Part shown: positions 1-8,419 of the stretch, one piece after another | Position numbering within the stretch: the first letter of the stretch is position 1 | Layout: the number at the start of each line of letters is the position of its first letter | Source: Pseudoalteromonas tetraodonis | GTDB lineage: Bacteria > Pseudomonadota > Gammaproteobacteria > Enterobacterales > Alteromonadaceae | DNA length: 32,000 nucleotides | NCBI RefSeq assembly: GCF_002310835.1 | Contig: NZ_CP011041.1 | Span: 1,260,001-1,292,000, forward strand | Direction: 5' to 3' | The notes under the pieces: model-generated | Told to the model about the DNA's origin: nothing | Databases searched by the model: none | What the model saw: only the letters and a program-made list of their open reading frames with translations | Translations under genes and position numbers: made by a program

Positions 1-2886
1 CAAGTAACACGGGTGATTGAAACCGAATTACTGGGTATTCCGTCACAGCAAATGCTGCGCTCTACCACTAAGTATTCTATTACCGATATTACCATTGACT
101 TTGAAGAGGGCACCGACATTTATTGGGCCCGTCAGCAAGTTAATGAGCGTTTATTAAATATTTTGCCCACCTTGCCCAGTAATATTAGTGGCGGCATGGC
201 GCCAATGAGCACGCCTTTGAGCGAGGTGTTCATGTTTACCATAGAAAGTACTCACTTATCGCTGATTGAAAAAAGAGAGCTTTTAGATTGGCAAATTCGT
301 CCATTACTGCGCACTGTAACCGGCGTTGCTGATGTAAATAGCCTTGGCGGCTTTTCAAAAACCTATGAAATACTTCCCAATACTTTATTGATGCAACAGC
401 ATCAAGTCAGCTTTGATGAAATGAAGTTAGCAATCACGCAAACGAATCAAAACGGTGGCATAGGGCGCTTAGAAAAAGGCAACGACACCTTAATTTTGCG
501 CACTGAGGGCAAATACACCGATATAACCGCCATTGAAAATACCGTGATTAAGTCCACTCAAAATAAGGTTATTCGGTTAAGTGATATTGCCACGGTACAC
601 GTTGGCAGTTTAACCCGTTATGGCGCAGTCACTAAAAACAGTGAAGAGGCGGTACAAGGGCTTATAATTGCGCTTAAAAATAGTAATACAGCGCAAGTTG
701 TTGCAGATGTAAAAGATAAACTTCGCACCATTGAAGCGTCATTACCGCAAGGCACAAAAATTAATGTGTTTTACGACCGTTCTAACTTAATAAATACCGC
801 AATTAGCACCATTACCAGCGCATTAGGCCAAGCGATTATTTTAGTGATAGTGCTACTTGCCTTGTTTTTAGGTGATATTCGCTCTTCATTGGTGGTGTCT
901 TTGTCTTTACCTATGTCGGCATTGCTGACGTTTATAATGATGAAGCAGTTTGATTTATCGGCTAATTTAATGAGTTTAGGCGGCTTAGTGATTGCCATTG
1001 GTATGCTGGTGGACTCATCGGTAGTTATTGTTGAAAACATAGTGAATCGGTTGGCTAATAATCAGCACCTCCCTCGGCTGCATGTTATTTATCGCGCCTG
1101 TAAAGAAGTCGCGGCGCCAGTGTTCTCAGGCACAATTATTATTATTATCGTGTTTTCACCGCTATTAATGTTAACAGGGTTAGAGGGCAAGTTATTTACC
1201 CCAGTGGCGCTCACTATCGTGTTTGCCATGCTAAGTGCGCTGTTGTTGTCGTTAACGGTTATTCCAATTTTAGCCTCATTGTTATTAAAAAATGAACCCG
1301 TAACCCAGCCTAAAATGGTCACGCTATTACAAGGTTTTTATACTAAAACACTTGCCCAAGCAATTAAAAAGCCGGTGGCTATTAGTGTTATATCGGTAGC
1401 TGTTTTAGTGCTCAGTGGGGTGTTATTTCAGGGGCTTGGTAAAAGCTTTATGCCCGTTTTAGATGAAGGCGACATTATTGTGCAACTGGAAAAATCGCCG
1501 AGTATTTCCTTGCAAGCCTCGCTGGATATCGATAAACAAATTGAAGCCACACTGCTAAAAAACACCCCAGAAATCGTACAAATTGTTGCCCGTACCGGCT
1601 CCGATGAACTCGGGCTTGATCCTATGGGGTTAAACGAAACCGATGTGTTTATGGAATTAGCGCCAAAAGATACGTGGCGTTTTGACTCCAAAGCGCGGCT
1701 AATCGAGGATATTCGACAAACACTTACGCAATTTCCAGGGGTAAATATTGGCTTTACTCAGCCAATACAAATGCGGGTATCAGAAATGCTCACCGGTGGC
1801 ACCGGTGATATTTCGATTAAAGTATTCGGTAATGACATTGCGACACTTGCCTCATTAGCTGAAAAAATCACGGCACTTGCCACTAATATTGACGGCGCAA
1901 GTGATGTGCAAATGGCGCTTATTGAAGGGGGTAAATACGTAAATATTAAACTTATTCCTGAGGTTGCCAGTCAGTTTGGTTTAACCACCGAAGGATTAAG
2001 CGATTATTTAAAGTCGCAATTAGAAGGCCTACAGGTATCGGCACTGCAAGAAGGAAACCGCGTGATCCCTATTGTGTTTAATGCACAAAAAGGCGAAAGC
2101 GCAGCACACTTTGAGTTATCGTCAATGAGCGCATTAAAACAAAAGTTAATTTTAATGCCCGACAACAGCCTACTACCACTTGAAGAGGTGGCTAATATTA
2201 GCTTTAAAACGGGGCCATTGTTAATAGAGCGAGAAAAAGCAAAGCGCTTTGCTTCTGTAAGCGTTAATGTGGATAACCGCGATGTGGTTAGTTATGTAAA
2301 TGAACTGGAAGCTAAAATTAATAGCAGCATAAAGTTACCCAGTGGTTTTACCTTGTCGTTTGGTGGCGAATTTGAAAGCCAGCAACGTGCAACACAAAAC
2401 TTGCTGGTGCTTATTCCTGTGGCATTAATACTGATTTTCATTATTTTATTTACCACGTTTAAATCCTTATCTAAATCAACGCTGATAATTGCTAATATTC
2501 CGTTTGCATTAATGGGGGGAGTGATTGCCCTATTTATTAGTAATGAATACCTCTCGGTGCCTGCATCGGTTGGTTTTGTTGCTTTACTTGGCGTAGCGGT
2601 ACTCAATGGTATTGTGATGATCAGCTACTTTGAGCAAATAAAAATGTTTTCTGCCAATGTAACGCAGCGCATTTTAGATGGCGCAAGCAGACGCCTTCGC
2701 CCAGTGTTAATGACAGCCACAACCGCCATGTTTGGTTTACTGCCACTGGTATTTGCCACCGGCCCCGGCGCTGAGATTCAAAAGCCATTGGCGATTGTGG
2801 TTATTGGCGGGTTAATTACCTCAACAATTACAACACTTTATTTATTACCTATCTTTTATGGTTGGTTGGAGAAAAAACATGGCTGA
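1..2886 (+). CDS. RND heavy-metal efflux pump inner-membrane subunit (CzcA/CusA family), 5' end cut by the window edge
   Basis: The frame is open from base 1 (QVTRVIETEL...), so the listed GTG at 13 is internal. More than 957 aa with RND 12-TM architecture. HME-RND-like stretches include DIYWARQQVNERL and the C-terminal GAEIQKPLAIVVIGGLITSTITTLYLLP. Confidence 0.9.
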   Translation, partial: QVTRVIETELLGIPSQQMLRSTTKYSITDITIDFEEGTDIYWARQQVNERLLNILPTLPSNISGGMAPMSTPLSEVFMFTIESTHLSLIEKRELLDWQIRPLLRTVTGVADVNSLGGFSKTYEILPNTLLMQQHQVSFDEMKLAITQTNQNGGIGRLEKGNDTLILRTEGKYTDITAIENTVIKSTQNKVIRLSDIATVHVGSLTRYGAVTKNSEEAVQGLIIALKNSNTAQVVADVKDKLRTIEASLPQGTKINVFYDRSNLINTAISTITSALGQAIILVIVLLALFLGDIRSSLVVSLSLPMSALLTFIMMKQFDLSANLMSLGGLVIAIGMLVDSSVVIVENIVNRLANNQHLPRLHVIYRACKEVAAPVFSGTIIIIIVFSPLLMLTGLEGKLFTPVALTIVFAMLSALLLSLTVIPILASLLLKNEPVTQPKMVTLLQGFYTKTLAQAIKKPVAISVISVAVLVLSGVLFQGLGKSFMPVLDEGDIIVQLEKSPSISLQASLDIDKQIEATLLKNTPEIVQIVARTGSDELGLDPMGLNETDVFMELAPKDTWRFDSKARLIEDIRQTLTQFPGVNIGFTQPIQMRVSEMLTGGTGDISIKVFGNDIATLASLAEKITALATNIDGASDVQMALIEGGKYVNIKLIPEVASQFGLTTEGLSDYLKSQLEGLQVSALQEGNRVIPIVFNAQKGESAAHFELSSMSALKQKLILMPDNSLLPLEEVANISFKTGPLLIEREKAKRFASVSVNVDNRDVVSYVNELEAKINSSIKLPSGFTLSFGGEFESQQRATQNLLVLIPVALILIFIILFTTFKSLSKSTLIIANIPFALMGGVIALFISNEYLSVPASVGFVALLGVAVLNGIVMISYFEQIKMFSANVTQRILDGASRRLRPVLMTATTAMFGLLPLVFATGPGAEIQKPLAIVVIGGLITSTITTLYLLPIFYGWLEKKHG

Positions 2887-3184
2887 ACAGTTACTTTTTA
2901 CCCTAAATGTACCCACAAACATAAAAGATGACGTGGTTGATATATTAATTGGCATAGACTGCATTACCGGCTTTAACTTAAAAAACATTGAAGGCTACAG
3001 TAAAGAGCACAGTGAATTTGACATTGCCGAGCAAGTAGAAGGGCATCGCAGCTTTTATCAGTTTGAGGTGCATATATTATTACCTGAACTTGCCATAGTA
3101 AAAACGGCGTTAAGCCCTGTTTGTAAGTACACGCCGTTAAAATATTGGGTTACGCCTATAGTTGAAAGCGGGCATATTGTTTAG
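2879..3184 (+). CDS. Small conserved protein translationally coupled to the RND pump (possibly DUF3240-like)
   Basis: The ATG at 2879 overlaps the pump stop (ATGGCTGA). About 101 aa, soluble, no TM segments. The family name is from memory of czcA-adjacent small ORFs and is not verified. Confidence 0.6.
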   Translation: MAEQLLFTLNVPTNIKDDVVDILIGIDCITGFNLKNIEGYSKEHSEFDIAEQVEGHRSFYQFEVHILLPELAIVKTALSPVCKYTPLKYWVTPIVESGHIV

Positions 3185-3304
3185 CTTTTTGTATTAGGTT
3201 TATTTTATAAGCTACTTCAATTGGATTGATATTTGAGCTTATTTAATTGATCTTAACAACTTATCAATGTTTAATGAGGCGATATGTCTTAACTGATTTT
3301 TATT

Positions 3305-5578
3305 ATGCACTTTCTCAATAAGTACTTCTTACTTAACGATCATCATACTGCCCATGATGAAGTCGCACACTGGCGGGTGAGTGCACTACGGATAATTTTA
3401 ACGCTCGTTACTTTGCTCTGTTTTTTGGTCGTTTGTTATACATACACCCGCGCAATTGAATTTAACCTAATTTATATTGCAGTTATTACTATTAGTTTTT
3501 TCACTATTGCTTTTAGTCTTTTATTAGCAAGTAAGCGATTTTACACATTTAGTGCAAATGCACTTCTATTAACTATCGTTGCCGGTAGTTTATCAATGAA
3601 TTTATTTTTAACTGACTTAGAGCTTGCCAAGGTGGGTTCTATGTTTATGTATTCATGTCCCATCATTGCTCTTATGCTACTCGGTTACAGAACGGCTTTG
3701 GCCTACGGTATTTTAAACATCATACCTTTTTACATGATTATTAATAATGTTGATTTATCCGGCTATTCAGGAATAGCAAGCCAATTACCAGAAGCTGACT
3801 TATATATTACAGGCCTAATATTTTTATTTTTTAATATTTGTATCCCACTTGCCACTGCGCGAACAATTGTTGCTGCCAAACGTTTAAACAAAACCATGTT
3901 AAATGCTAATAGCTTCCTTAAAGATAAAAACGAGCTTTATCGCACCTTATTTACTGAATCTAATAAAGCTAAAATTATTGTCGACGAAAATTTAGTAATT
4001 ACAGATTTAAATCAACATGCTATTGAAATGTTTGGATTAAAAAACAGCTTGAAAGAAAAGGCTGTCAGAATTGATGGGTTATTCCCTGCACTTAATAGCA
4101 AAGAGTTAAATATAAAAAATCAAATCATAGAATATAAGAGTCGCTACTATAAGAGTAATTATCAGCAAATAGCAATGAGTACAAATTATCGAGTGTATGA
4201 CTTTTATGATTGCACGCAAGAGCAGTTAATTAAACAAAACTTGTCTATGATGGAGCAAGAGAACAAACGTCTAAGGTTTAGAGACTCGCAAACGAAATTG
4301 CCTAATCGAGAGTGGTTTGAAATGCAATGCGATAGGTTAACGTCTAAATACCAAAAAGGGTTTTATATTGTCGTTACACAAAGCGCAAATAGTGAATATT
4401 TAAATTTAAAACTTAACAAAGCTGACTCGCAATCATTGCTAATTACTGCTTATAAGCGCTTAAAAGCAATGTCAGAGGGGCCTTTGCTTTGTGCGTCTAT
4501 AGAAGGTGGCAAACTTGGCTTTATTATTGGTTCAAGCTCAAGTGAACAGCAAAACAAGTTATTAATACAAATTAAAAGCACCTTAGATCAAGCTTATGAT
4601 GTGTTTGGTACTAATTACCAACAATCATTTTTATTTGGTTTTGCTAAGTGTCCTGAGCATGGTGAAAATAGTGCGATTGTTCTTAGTAATGCGTGTGAGG
4701 CGCTCAAACTCGCAGACTATAACTCGCCATTTAATGGTTACAATCAAAAACAATCACAGGCCTTTATGGAAAAGTATGAAATTTCCATGTTACTTGATGA
4801 AGCTTTGCAACAAAATGATCTGTCAGTACATTATCAACCTAAAGTGAATGCAAAAGGTGAATGTATAGGGCTTGAAGCATTAGCTCGTTGGCATAGCTCT
4901 GTACTTGGCAGTGTATCGCCCGCTGTATTTATTCCTATTGCAGAAGAGTATAGAATGATTAGCCGATTAACGGACTTAATTATTCAAAAAGTCTGCGCTC
5001 AAATTGCCCAATGGAGTAAAGTTGGTTTGCCACTTTTACCCGTAGCAATAAACATATCTTTACTCGATTTTAGCCAAGCTGATTTTATGTCAAAGTTGGT
5101 AAAATATTTGGCGGATTTTAATGTAAAACCGAATCAAATAGAATTAGAGCTTACTGAAACGTCACTTGAGGCTAACCAAGTTCACTCTCTAAAACTTATG
5201 CAAACTCTGCAAGATTGGGGGTTCACTATTACAGTGGATGATTTTGGTGTTGGATACTCGAATATTGCACGACTTGCTGATTATCCCATTGATAAACTTA
5301 AATTGGATCGCTCTTTAATAAGTAAGGTTACAAGCTCTACACGCCAAAAAAGCTTAGTTAAAGCCGTGCATGTGATGTGTGATGAACTTAATATTAAGTG
5401 TGTAGCCGAGGGAGTAGAAACCGAAGAACAGGTCCTAATAATGTCCGAAATGGGATGTAAAGAGTTTCAAGGCTATTACTTTTCTAAACCTATGAGTGCT
5501 CAGGTTTATGCTGAATATATAAATCAAAATGGTCTGCTTTTTACGACAAAAAACTTAGCTACGGCGAAAAGTAGCTGA
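3305..5578 (+). CDS. Membrane sensor with PAS, degenerate GGDEF and EAL domains (putative c-di-GMP phosphodiesterase)
   Basis: N-terminal multi-TM region followed by a PAS-like block (LYRTLFTESNKAKIIVDENLVITDLN). The GGDEF position reads EGGKLGF, which is degenerate. Intact EAL motifs are present: EALARW, ELELTE, DDFGVGYSN, KLDRSL, AEGVETEEQ, QGYYFSKP. Confidence 0.9.
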   Translation: MHFLNKYFLLNDHHTAHDEVAHWRVSALRIILTLVTLLCFLVVCYTYTRAIEFNLIYIAVITISFFTIAFSLLLASKRFYTFSANALLLTIVAGSLSMNLFLTDLELAKVGSMFMYSCPIIALMLLGYRTALAYGILNIIPFYMIINNVDLSGYSGIASQLPEADLYITGLIFLFFNICIPLATARTIVAAKRLNKTMLNANSFLKDKNELYRTLFTESNKAKIIVDENLVITDLNQHAIEMFGLKNSLKEKAVRIDGLFPALNSKELNIKNQIIEYKSRYYKSNYQQIAMSTNYRVYDFYDCTQEQLIKQNLSMMEQENKRLRFRDSQTKLPNREWFEMQCDRLTSKYQKGFYIVVTQSANSEYLNLKLNKADSQSLLITAYKRLKAMSEGPLLCASIEGGKLGFIIGSSSSEQQNKLLIQIKSTLDQAYDVFGTNYQQSFLFGFAKCPEHGENSAIVLSNACEALKLADYNSPFNGYNQKQSQAFMEKYEISMLLDEALQQNDLSVHYQPKVNAKGECIGLEALARWHSSVLGSVSPAVFIPIAEEYRMISRLTDLIIQKVCAQIAQWSKVGLPLLPVAINISLLDFSQADFMSKLVKYLADFNVKPNQIELELTETSLEANQVHSLKLMQTLQDWGFTITVDDFGVGYSNIARLADYPIDKLKLDRSLISKVTSSTRQKSLVKAVHVMCDELNIKCVAEGVETEEQVLIMSEMGCKEFQGYYFSKPMSAQVYAEYINQNGLLFTTKNLATAKSS

Positions 5579-5652
5579 ATTTAACAACTAGGTTCTAGTG
5601 ACCTTGTTGGATTGATATTTGTTTAAACTAGGGTAAAAAACTCTTTGGTGTT

Positions 5653-5685
5653 AAATGCTGCTGAAATATCTCAGCAGCATTTTAG
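5653..5685. terminator. Bidirectional hairpin between the convergent EAL gene and iadA
   Basis: Stem aaatgctgctga / tcagcagcattt of about 11-12 bp with loop aatatc, flanked by short A/T runs. Confidence 0.65.
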
Positions 5686-5695
5686 CTGTACTAGC

Positions 5696-6862
5696 TTATT
5701 CAAACACTCCTTTTATAACTGCATGGGTGTTTTGCACCATTAATGTGCCGTTAGCCCATACATACTCAGGGGTTAGGGTCTCTTTATCGAGAAGGACAAC
5801 ATCCGCGTCGCTCGCTGCTTTAAGACGGCCTTTATCAACTCCTAAAATATCGGCAGGATTACTGGTTATGCTCATTAAAGCGTGCTCAATAGGGACGTTA
5901 TATTCTTTGACTGCTTGCTGAAACGAGGTTAATAAAGATGCCTCTTTGCCCACCTCAAGCCCTAATAAATTAAAGTCTTTATCAAAAATAGGTAAACTGG
6001 CATGGCCATCTGAGCTCATAGTGAGTTGATTTGGTGCTACGCCTTGTTCTAAGCAGTAGGCAAGGGCATGGGCTGCTGCATATTCACCATGGGCTAAATC
6101 ATAGTCGGTTGTGCTGGTGGTAAAGTCGATAGTACCGCCCTGATCACAAAAGTGAATACCGGCATCAAGAAGTGCTTTATTGCGGTTCATATGCGTAGGA
6201 TAAAACTGTTTAAGCTTAATATCACTTTGCTCAGCCACCTGATGTAAAATAGTTAAATGGCTATCAACAGGGCCAACATGAATACTCACAGTGCCTTTTT
6301 TACCACTGAGCATACCGGCTACTTTGGCCTCTGCTGCCAATTCTGCTAATTGCTGTACCGTAGGTTGGCTACTACGATGATCAGAAATCGCCACTTCGCC
6401 AACACCTATAAACTCCTCTATATACATGATGTCGTCAGTAATTGAGTGGGTGAGTGTTTTCGCGGGTAAATGATACGAACCGGTATGGCAAAATACATTC
6501 AGCCCTTGCTCTTTTAGGCCTTTTGCTTTGGCAACCAAGTTGGTCAGTGTACGTGAGCTTGAATCGGTACCCAGTGCGGCCACCACCGTGGTGGTGCCCG
6601 ATAAGGTTGCATCTGTTAGGTTCATTTCAGGGGTGCGGCTGGCAAATCCAGCCTCGCCACCGCCACCGGTAATATGCACTAAAGAATCAACAAACCCCGG
6701 CGCAACCAGCTTATTTTTACCGGCAATCCGTTTGACGAGTACACTGCTGTCGAGGGTTATATTTTCGTCAATAGCAATGATTTTACCACCGCCAATTAAA
6801 ACATCTTGTGTGCCTAGGAAGGTAGGTGCATAAACGGTTGCACCTTGAATTAAAGTTAACAT
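5696..6862 (-). CDS. iadA: Isoaspartyl (beta-aspartyl) dipeptidase
   Basis: 388 aa, collinear with E. coli IadA as I recall it: PGF.D...H..GGGGEAG, AISDHRSS, PTHMNRN, GGTIDFT, SSDG, C-terminal KGVFE. Amidohydrolase fold. Confidence 0.9.
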   Translation of the reverse strand: MLTLIQGATVYAPTFLGTQDVLIGGGKIIAIDENITLDSSVLVKRIAGKNKLVAPGFVDSLVHITGGGGEAGFASRTPEMNLTDATLSGTTTVVAALGTDSSSRTLTNLVAKAKGLKEQGLNVFCHTGSYHLPAKTLTHSITDDIMYIEEFIGVGEVAISDHRSSQPTVQQLAELAAEAKVAGMLSGKKGTVSIHVGPVDSHLTILHQVAEQSDIKLKQFYPTHMNRNKALLDAGIHFCDQGGTIDFTTSTTDYDLAHGEYAAAHALAYCLEQGVAPNQLTMSSDGHASLPIFDKDFNLLGLEVGKEASLLTSFQQAVKEYNVPIEHALMSITSNPADILGVDKGRLKAASDADVVLLDKETLTPEYVWANGTLMVQNTHAVIKGVFE

Positions 6863-6874
6863 AACAAATTCTTT

Positions 6875-8278
6875 TTATTGATAATTAATAAAGTAAGCAA
6901 GAAATATAAAGCCGCTTGCTAATACAAAAAGTGCTAGGGCAAAGCGCCAAATAAACGCAGCCCATTCTCCCCAATCTAATTTCACTACCCCTAAACAACC
7001 AATTAAACTAGCTGAGGTGGGAATTAAAATGTTGGTTAATCCATCGCCTAATTGAAAGGCCAATACCACAATTTGCCTTGATACATTGAGCAAATCGCCA
7101 AGTGGAGACATCAGTGGCATAGTGATGGCAGCTTGCCCTGAACCCGATGAAACAAAAAAGTTAAATACACTTTGAAACACCAGCATTCCCCAAGCTGCAA
7201 TGTAATCTGGCACACTGGCTATGCTGTTTGCACAGTAATAAAGCAGGGTGTTGAGGGTTGAGGGAGTGGTTAAATCACTACCCCCTAATAGTAATACAAT
7301 GCCTTTAGCCAATGCGACCAATAACGCCGCTGGCAATAATTCTTGTGCACCGTGTTTAAACGCATCCGCGCACTCATTCGCGGTTAGCTTTTTAAACACG
7401 ATGGCAATTATTGCACTGATAAGGCCAATGCAAAAAAACTGTGCAGCAAGCTCAGGAATATAATATTGGCGCGCCATCACCCCCCATACAACCCAAGCTA
7501 TGCCCAATACAAACACTAATAATGTGAGTGCATCGGCTAGGCTAAGTTTAATCGTTGGCTGATCACCCGTTTTTTGGGGTTGTGTTTTTATCCGTTTTGC
7601 ATAGCGTATAGTAAACACAAGGCCTACAAGGGTAAAACAAGCCCATGCTAACATACGAAAGCCCGCACCTGAAAACACTGGGATTTCAGCTATCGATTGC
7701 GCTATAGCAATGCTAAAAGGGTTCATCCATGAGGTGGCAAAGCCTATTTGCGTGGCCACATAAGTTGTAAGTACAGTGACTTTAGCGTCGTAGCCAAGTT
7801 GTTGCATAATAGGGAGCAGCACAATACAAAAGGCAATAGCCTCTTCGCCCATACCAAATACCGCGCCGCCTAACGAAAATAGTAAAAACAGTAAGGGAAT
7901 AAACAGCCATTCAACCCGCTGGGTCTTATTAATAAGTGCCATAATACCGTTATTAATCGCACCGGTTTTCATAATAATGCCAAAGGCACCGCCAGTGATT
8001 AAAATAAACGCCATTACGCCAATCGCTGCACCATATTTATCACCCGACACGAGGCCTTCAAACAATACATTAGCTAAACCAATCTCGCCACCTTGTGCAA
8101 AAACAGGTGGTGATTGTTGGTCGTTAACGGCTTGATATTGTGAAAGCTGCACAGTATGGCTGTCAGGCTCTGCATTAAATACCCCAGGGGTAATAAATAC
8201 CGTGGCCATATAGGCAATCACAGCCACACAAAGCAAAATGATGCTTGCATCGGGCATAGAAAATTGTTTTTGTTTCAT
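6875..8278 (-). CDS. YfcC-family / DcuC-like multi-TM permease, likely co-transcribed with iadA
   Basis: 467 aa, very hydrophobic with more than 10 predicted TM segments. The N-terminus (..MPDASIILLCVAVIAYMATVFI) resembles YfcC-type transporters. Only a 12-nt gap separates it from the iadA start. Confidence 0.7.
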   Translation of the reverse strand: MKQKQFSMPDASIILLCVAVIAYMATVFITPGVFNAEPDSHTVQLSQYQAVNDQQSPPVFAQGGEIGLANVLFEGLVSGDKYGAAIGVMAFILITGGAFGIIMKTGAINNGIMALINKTQRVEWLFIPLLFLLFSLGGAVFGMGEEAIAFCIVLLPIMQQLGYDAKVTVLTTYVATQIGFATSWMNPFSIAIAQSIAEIPVFSGAGFRMLAWACFTLVGLVFTIRYAKRIKTQPQKTGDQPTIKLSLADALTLLVFVLGIAWVVWGVMARQYYIPELAAQFFCIGLISAIIAIVFKKLTANECADAFKHGAQELLPAALLVALAKGIVLLLGGSDLTTPSTLNTLLYYCANSIASVPDYIAAWGMLVFQSVFNFFVSSGSGQAAITMPLMSPLGDLLNVSRQIVVLAFQLGDGLTNILIPTSASLIGCLGVVKLDWGEWAAFIWRFALALFVLASGFIFLAYFINYQ

Positions 8279-8388
8279 AATTTCACTTTAATAAAAGGTC
8301 ATTGTGTTGATGCGTAAATAAACGCTTAAACGTACTTTAGCACTTAATAGGCAGTGTCACTGTAGCCATGACCTGTAATAAAAGGAAT

Positions 8389-8412
8389 GCCGCAAAGCGT
8401 TTGCTTTGCGGC
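8389..8412 (-). terminator. Hairpin downstream of the TonB-dependent receptor gene
   Basis: Perfect 10-bp stem gccgcaaagc / gctttgcggc with loop gttt, 8 nt after the receptor stop. The U-run on the minus strand is partial (attcctttt). Confidence 0.6.
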
Positions 8413-8419
8413 TAAGCGG

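Noticed and set aside
771-2606. Four minus-strand ORFs (771..1040, 1089..1322, 1428..1691, 2292..2606) inside the RND pump gene
   Set aside because: They are fully antisense to a well-supported 957-aa CDS and have skewed, low-complexity composition. These are typical shadow ORFs.
4596-4847. 83-aa plus-strand ORF in an alternative frame within the EAL gene
   Set aside because: It is embedded in the conserved GGDEF-like/EAL coding frame, has no RBS, and has odd composition (Leu/Val/Arg-rich).
5655-6833. Plus-strand ORFs 5655..5921, 6454..6672 and 6528..6833
   Set aside because: They are antisense to iadA, whose frame is confirmed by family motifs. The 5655 ORF also starts inside the terminator hairpin.
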